A DNA stretch of 64,000 nucleotides, taken from IMG/VR virus record IMGVR_UViG_3300011008_000006; one strand, given 5' to 3'. The translations under genes were made by a program, and so were the position numbers. The notes under the pieces are model-generated. The model made no database searches, was not told where the DNA came from, and was given only the letters and a program-made list of their open reading frames with translations. This DNA comes from a virus. Its lineage: Duplodnaviria; Heunggongvirae; Uroviricota; Caudoviricetes. Position 1 is the first letter of the stretch, and the number at the start of each line of letters is the position of its first letter. Positions 58,571-64,000 of this stretch are shown here, in pieces.

Positions 58571-58817
58571 CATGGGCTATTATGGTTGTCTCCCTTATAA
58601 GGGGTGCATTTGACTCCATTACAGGCACCATATTGTTATAGTGTGTAGCCGCGCACTGCACTTTACTTCGCTTCATTTATACTCTTTTCCGCTAAGCCAC
58701 ATATCACGTGCCTCGAAGAGGGCTGCTCAGAAACTTGCTTCGATATTTGGACGTGCCGATGGTAGTTTAAGTGCTAAATTCGTGTTAAGAGTTGCATCAT
58801 TAAGGAGGTGATGCAAA

Positions 58818-58893
58818 TGGCGGTGCATACGAGATTTGAACTCGTGTTTCCAGTGTGACAGACTGGGGATTTAACCAATTAAACTAATGCACC
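58818..58893 (-). tRNA. tRNA-Asp (anticodon GTC), CCA encoded
   Basis: Acceptor GGTGCAT/ATGCACC, G73, anticodon stem CCAGT/ACTGG, loop CTGTCAC, T-arm ACGAG-TTCAAAT-CTCGT. Confidence 0.8.
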
Positions 58894-60431
58894 CTATAAT
58901 ACCCACATCCGGGAACGATCCGGAATTTTCACCTTGAAAGGGTGACGAACTAACCAATTATTCGATGCGGGCATAATTCCAGTGTTGGCGCACCGGAATA
59001 GCGAAACGCCGCCGACTAGTTATTATTACGCCAATAATAATAACAAACTTTTTTTAAACTTTTAATCTTTGTTTTTCATCGACTTTGCTTCTCACATTTT
59101 TACACAGATACGTGTCAACTGTTTGCTCTTCATTGGAATCGAACCAATCCTTCCGGGCGTGCTTTCCATTACACTATCAGAGCATAACTGCGCGTTTTGA
59201 TAACCCAGACGCGAAGTCACTCTACTGGGGAGGGAAATTCATCCACTCATACTGCGTTCAACTGTTGATCAAGCAATCGTAATTATGGGTTAGCTTTCAC
59301 CCATACCCCATATCCGTCGGGTCGCATTTACCTACACATTGTGACGGGTGCGGAGGGCCCTTCCACCGCTTTTCTGATTTATCGACAATCAGTAAGGACT
59401 TCACCCATTACTTTCCTTCCATCCCGTTTTTCGGCATCCTTTTTAAGTGTAAGGTCACTAATTTTCCCATCCCATTTTTTGAAAGGCTTAGTTTGGAAAA
59501 TCTAACGTCCTGTCGTTGCCTTTTATAACCATTTCACAGAATGGACTCACTTATTTATACTAGGTCTCTCCTAGATTTAATTGGCTGTTCTTCAAACTCC
59601 ATTTAGCCCATTCTTCACTTTGCTTGTATAGCTGCTTGCAAGCCAGCTTTGCTTTTCAAAAGCTAATACATTGAGCATTTGGGCACCATACTATGCGCTT
59701 CCCGTCATCCCTGGCGGAGCCATGTCCATAGCGTTATGTAATGAGAATCTCGCATTACATCCATACAACTAGTTGTGAAAACGATTCATTTCCACTTTTT
59801 CGATAACTAGTAATTACTTTGGCTATCAGGTTGCCATCCCAATCTAACGATGATTGACGACCTGTGAATAAGGTTTTAACAGGTTTTACTTACCGCACCT
59901 GTACCATCGGTAGCTTACGCCGCACTTATTGGTGTTTTGGAACCATACGCTCTCCAGTTGCCACCTTTGAGCGGGGCTAGACTCTAAGTGCATCAGGGTT
60001 TTCTGACATCATTGTGCCTCTACCTTTTCGCCCTAACATCACTACGTCGATGTTTCTCATCTTGAACGGATACCTTCTAACGGTCTGGTATCAACCGTTG
60101 GTCGCAGATAATGGAGTTGGACCATTTCCTCAAGCGTTATGAGCGCCGCGGCTTAACCGTTTGCCCTATCTGCGATAAAGAGAAAATATTTTCTCTTTAC
60201 GATACTTACAGCATAATTTTAAAAAAAGTCAAGGCACATAAAATTCTTTTGCATTACCATACTATGCTACTTGCCCAATGGGGCGAGACGAGATTTGAAC
60301 TCGCGATTCAAAGATTATCTTTGATTTTGCTGTATGTGCCTTTAAATGGAAAGTACGAGAATCGAACTCGTGTCCGCTGCGTGCAAAGCAGCAATTCTAG
60401 CCCCTAAACTAACTCCCCATCTCATATATCT

Positions 60432-60460
60432 ATTATATCATAATTTTAGAAAGAAGTCAA
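60432..60460 (-). promoter_or_regulatory. consensus promoter driving the 1.9 kb non-coding transcript
   Basis: attata 60432-60437; agtcaa 60455-60460. Confidence 0.6.
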
Positions 60461-60588
60461 ATATTTAACTTCTACTTGATTTTGAAGCTCAAGCCAAGCT
60501 TCAAATTCTTCTTCAAGTTCCTCACAATTCGGTTCACAGAGAAAATCATCAAGTTCATACATACTCTTTCCTTCCTCCTTACATATCT

Positions 60589-60617
60589 ATTATATCAGAA
60601 TTTTAAAGAAAAGTCAA
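60589..60617 (-). promoter_or_regulatory. consensus promoter upstream of a small ORF and the 60.6 kb leader
   Basis: attata 60589-60594; agtcaa 60612-60617. Confidence 0.55.
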
Positions 60618-60980
60618 ATAATATCCATACTAAATTTTAGTATTAAATTTAAGATTGGGTCTTAAAATGTATAACCGTAATTTAGTATGGATAGCAATTT
60701 CCTCTTGAAATTACAAAGTCATATCTATATCGAAGATAAACCGAGCCATTGATAGCTGGTATTCTCCACTAACAACTTCCATTATCGTAAAAGTTGCCCT
60801 ACGTCATAGTATTACTCCGGATTAACTTACATGGCTATGAACTCATGGCGGTCATTCACGCAGACCATAATTAGCCCCGACGTTTATTCTACTTATCCAT
60901 GGAAAGGCGAGAATAAAAGAAACCTTTAATAAAATGTCCTATTGGGTGCGCATTGTAAAGAGGCGTAATAGGAACTTTGG
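60600..60980 (-). ncRNA. about 380 nt non-coding leader upstream of tRNA-Arg(TCT), starting with a 13 bp hairpin
   Basis: Stem tccatactaaatt / aatttagtatgga at 60608-60675. No ORF. Lies behind promoter 60589..60617. Confidence 0.3.
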
Positions 60981-61052
60981 TACAGGCGCCCAGAATCGAA
61001 CTGAGATTGTAGACTTAGAAGGACTATGTTCTGTCCGTTGAACTACGCCCGC
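60981..61052 (-). tRNA. tRNA-Arg (anticodon TCT)
   Basis: Acceptor GCGGGCG/CGCCTGT (2 G.U pairs), D-arm GTTC/GAAC, loop CTTCTAA, T-arm CTCAG-TTCGATT-CTGGG. Confidence 0.6.
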
Positions 61053-61079
61053 ATGGGGTTGATTACTCAACCCTTAATT

Positions 61080-61421
61080 TTATAGAAGTTTTGGAAGCCA
61101 ATCAAAAACATCAAAGAGAGTTGGCACATCTTCAAAATTATTTGTAGAATAATGATATGTACCATACTTCTTTACAAACTTTTCAATTGCTTCACGATAA
61201 GACTTCTGAGCGGCGACCATAGCCTTGCGCGCTTCATCTACTTCCGCCGCCATAGCCTTGCGTTCTGCGGCTTCCTTTTCTTTCTTCGCCTTTGCTTCTG
61301 CGGCTTCGCGCTCCTTGCGGATCTTATCAAGATTTTCTTGTTCCTTAGCCTTAAATTCTGCACTCTGGCAATCTTCTGCACTGTCAAAAAGACGATTTAG
61401 TTTTTCACTATAAAATTTCAT
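61080..61421 (-). CDS. hypothetical coiled-coil protein (Ala/Lys/Glu-rich)
   Basis: 113 aa ORF. Confidence 0.35.
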   Translation of the reverse strand: MKFYSEKLNRLFDSAEDCQSAEFKAKEQENLDKIRKEREAAEAKAKKEKEAAERKAMAAEVDEARKAMVAAQKSYREAIEKFVKKYGTYHYSTNNFEDVPTLFDVFDWLPKLL

Positions 61422-61505
61422 ATAAGTTCCTCTCCTTATATAATGTGGTTCCTATCCCACATATTTAATATGTAAGAAGGGAACTATTTCCCCTCTTACA
61501 TATAT

Positions 61506-61534
61506 ATTATATCAAAAATTTTAAAAAAAGTCAA
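61506..61534 (-). promoter_or_regulatory. consensus promoter for gene 61080..61421
   Basis: attata 61506-61511; agtcaa 61529-61534. Confidence 0.6.
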
Positions 61535-61537
61535 ATA

Positions 61538-61945
61538 TTAGACTTCTCGCCAACCAGCAGGATATGCCGCGGGAGACCAAATATTATTATCAATTGTACT
61601 TTCATATACTTTATCATTAAATAATACTTTATCTCCTATCATATAACCATTAGTACTTCCAGGTTGTTCCCATGCAGGAATAACATTTTCATCTGGAATT
61701 AATACTTTAGCCCAAAGACTTGGGGCGTCAATTGGATTCCAAGCTACTTGTGGTATATGCTATTGTAAGCATTTATATAATATTTCATTATAACGTACTC
61801 TATCTCCAACATTATACATATCTTCTTTATTTGGATTCCAAATAGGAAATAATTGCGGCGCTTCAAGCGCATCTATATCATCTAATGAAATTGCTGCCTT
61901 TTCTATTAAAGGGCGTAATTTTCTTGCTAATTCAATTAATGTCAT
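61538..61945 (-). CDS. protein with two CBM5/12-type carbohydrate (chitin)-binding repeats; 1 in-frame TAG
   Basis: NVGDRVRYNEILYKCLQ(TAG)HIPQVAWNPIDAPSLWAKV fits the CBM5/12 pattern Y.C.QAHTS..W.P..LW.V. The TAG sits where Ala or Ser normally occurs. Confidence 0.5.
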
Positions 61946-61959
61946 AATTACTCAACTCC

Positions 61960-62193
61960 TAATAGAATTTTTGCCGCGGCAAGTTCTTCTGCAAGTTGTT
62001 TAGATTGAGAAGATAATAATTGAATATATTCATCTTTATCATATTCAATATAATCATATTCATAACCATTTTCTTCATATCCACCAATATTTGTATTAAA
62101 GGAAGTAATATTAGAAGATACAAATACTTTTGTTTCAGTAAAAGTTACTTCTGTTGGCTATGAAGAACTTTGTACTTTACCATAATTTTTCAT
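61960..62193 (-). CDS. hypothetical protein (1 in-frame TAG)
   Basis: ATG 62191-62193 behind RBS AGGAGG. Confidence 0.3.
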
Positions 62194-62198
62194 AGCAA

Positions 62199-64000
62199 TC
62201 AACCTCCTATTTTACTTTGCCATAAAGCATAATTATTATTATGGATAGAATTTTTAGTAGGAATATAAACAAGACGCGCGCCAAAAGGTGCAGCATAATA
62301 ACTTGGGTTTTTATCGCAAGCATAATAAAATATACCATCTTTTTGCTGGAATAACCAATTACCACCATGAGCAACATAATTAACACCATTTAGATTTGTA
62401 GTAACCCAAATGCTATCTCCTACTGGTGTTGCGCTATTGGCCCCACTTGCTTCTGCGGGTAAAAATACCCAGTCATATTTTTCATTACCATAACCCATAC
62501 CAGAAATCCAATCACTATTATTGGGGAGACAGAAGCCTACACTTTTATAGTCGTCTGTAATAGTAGTTGAATAATTAGAATTTGTACAAATATATGGAAT
62601 ACCGCCCTATTGAACACCATTACCTGAAATATTTATATTGCCAATGAATTTCCAAATATTACCAAATAGATTTTCTTCACCGCGATAAGAGATACAACGC
62701 TTACCATTTGTATTATATGTAGTATTTAACATTGTATTTACACTACTTTCTGCCGCGCCAGAGTTATTACCCAATGCCGCGGTAGAACCTGTATTATTTG
62801 CATAGTTTCTATCATAAGCATTATTAATACTACATACGCCGTTTTCAATTGCATTTTGAAGATTTAAAGTACCATATTCTATAATACTTAACATCTAGTC
62901 AATACTACGAGTTTGCATTGTTTCAATGTGCCAACCTTCACCGCGATTTCTAGCGAGTTGTTCTGCTTTATCAATTGTTAAAGCATTATTTTTACCACTA
63001 ATAGGTTGAACATTTGCAATTGAAGATAATTTATCTTCTGAAAAATTAATTCCACTTACGTCTGTAGTAAGATATGTATTCGCAGAAGTATCATAAGCAG
63101 AGCCTTCGTAAGCAGATAATAGAATATATTCTAATTCATTTCCTGCATTATCAATAAAAGCTGGATGAAGTTTAAATCCTGACTAAGCAATTGGAGAAAT
63201 AATTAATGATTCTTTATGAATAACTTTACCCATTAAGCCATTGGTAGTATTAATTGGAACGCGCTGATAATAAAATTTTGGTTGATAAACCATTACCTAC
63301 CCATTAGAGCCATCTTCTCTATAATTATTATCTCCATAGAAAGCAGTAATAGTACCATCATCTGCTACATTACAACGCATACGTTTATACATTAAGTAAT
63401 CAGTAAAATTAGTATTAGATGTCGCTTCTTGTGTGCGCCCAACAGATTTATTTTCATAATCAATATTTAAACCTACTGCATCTCGCGCCTAATATGTACC
63501 AGTACGTAGAAGTAGTTCAATTAAGGCTTGTTCTGTAGTGGTACTTGCAGTAATATTCCCATCAGAACCAATAACTACCATTTGGCCTGCATTATTAGAA
63601 CCAAGATTAGAGGTTCCACCACTATTGCCGCCGCTAGAATTAATTTGAGATTGTAAATTATTTTTTACATTTTCAACATAAGTCTTAATGGCTTTCTAAG
63701 TCATAGAGCCATCTTCATTGGTTCCTTCACTAGTATAATTTTTTTCTACTATATAATTAGTAGTAGTACCATTTTTTGTTACGCTTGCTTGTCTAATTTT
63801 TGCTGCGGAAGTATTTGCGTCAGTAACCGTTACTGTCCCACCAGCATTAGCAATTTGACTTTCTAACGTAGTTGTTCTTGATTTTAAATCAGCAACATCT
63901 TCAACTGTTGTTCCAAGTTGTTCAGCCACAACAGCGGTTGCCGCGGCCTCAAAATCTGCTTTAATTTCTGCTAATTCACCTGCGGCCGCGCTTGCTGCTT
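62199..64000 (-). CDS. tail-fiber / receptor-binding-like protein, partial (5' end lies beyond the window); many in-frame TAGs
   Basis: ORFs 62199..62498, 62607..62894 and 63696..63929 plus the stretches between them join in one frame across at least 6 TAGs. Ser/Thr/Asn/Gly-rich; stop TGA at 62199-62201. Confidence 0.45.

Larger units (their letters stand above)
58545..60420 (-). ncRNA. about 1.9 kb promoter-to-terminator non-coding transcript containing tRNA-Asp and several tRNA-like fragments
   Basis: Runs from consensus promoter 60432..60460 to a terminator at about 58545-58570. No ORF of 60 aa or more except spurious ones. GC about 45%. Contains T-arm/acceptor fragments at about 59101-59170, 60262-60345 and 60345-60410. 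Confidence 0.4.

Noticed and set aside
58801-58825. Plus-strand RBS-like AGGAGGTGATGCAAATGG followed by ATG.
   Set aside because: It is the 3' acceptor/CCA end of the minus-strand tRNA-Asp and its flank. No ORF follows on the plus strand.
734-61413. All plus-strand ORFs in the track (for example 734..970, 2297..2533, 19818..20210, 25228..25539, 36020..36484, 38379..39260, 61152..61400).
   Set aside because: Each lies antisense to a conserved minus-strand gene, is low-complexity or Cys/Phe/Leu-rich, and lacks any RBS or promoter; they are artefacts of AT-rich antisense sequence.
1-64000. CRISPR arrays, integrase or attachment sites, transposases.
   Set aside because: No direct-repeat/spacer arrays and no recombinase or transposase motifs were seen in any translated frame. 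The only tandem repeats are the iterons at 16.9 kb.

Overview
This is an AT-rich window (about 30% GC in coding parts) from a large tailed-phage-like genome. Nearly every gene is on the minus strand. The promoters are sigma-A type with extended -10 elements (TTGACW, 17 nt spacer, TATAAT, often TGnTATAAT), and the ribosome-binding sites are AGGAGG-like. Both point to a low-GC Gram-positive (Firmicutes-like) host.

The supplied ORF track is fragmented because TAG is not a stop codon here. Conserved proteins read straight through in-frame TAG codons, real genes end only with TAA or TGA, and the tRNA cluster contains a tRNA with anticodon CUA. Coordinates were indexed by hand and may be off by 1-3 nt.

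Left part, 0-44.5 kb:
- Replication genes: DHH phosphoesterase, DnaG-like primase, DnaB-like helicase, a P-loop ATPase, an SSB-like protein, and topoisomerase II subunits A and B separated by a GIY-YIG homing endonuclease.
- An adenine methyltransferase.
- A Rep-like winged-helix protein next to an iteron array with an AT-rich tract (candidate origin).
- A purine-salvage block: nicotinamidase/isochorismatase, adenine deaminase, two purine permeases, a nucleoside 2-deoxyribosyltransferase-like protein and a short PurA/PurZ-like adenylosuccinate synthetase.
- An ATP-dependent ligase, a dNMP kinase and RNase H.
- A holin, an SPFH-domain protein and a DenV-like glycosylase.
- An RNA-repair-like set: an RNA ligase fused to a tRNA-binding domain, a Pnk-like kinase, phosphoesterases, a nucleotidyltransferase and a DUF2828/Ro60-like vWA protein.

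Right part, 44.7-61.1 kb: a roughly 16 kb RNA-gene region. It holds at least 28 tRNAs, among them the CUA suppressor, two odd type-I tRNAs with anticodon AAG, and Ile-UAU. These are interleaved with small genes, two HNH endonucleases, a GT8+GT2 glycosyltransferase, a PAPS-reductase-like gene, GC-rich non-coding islands and three 134-159 nt elongated tRNA-like RNAs.

The window ends in a CBM5/12-domain gene and a TAG-rich tail-fiber-like gene that runs off the right edge.
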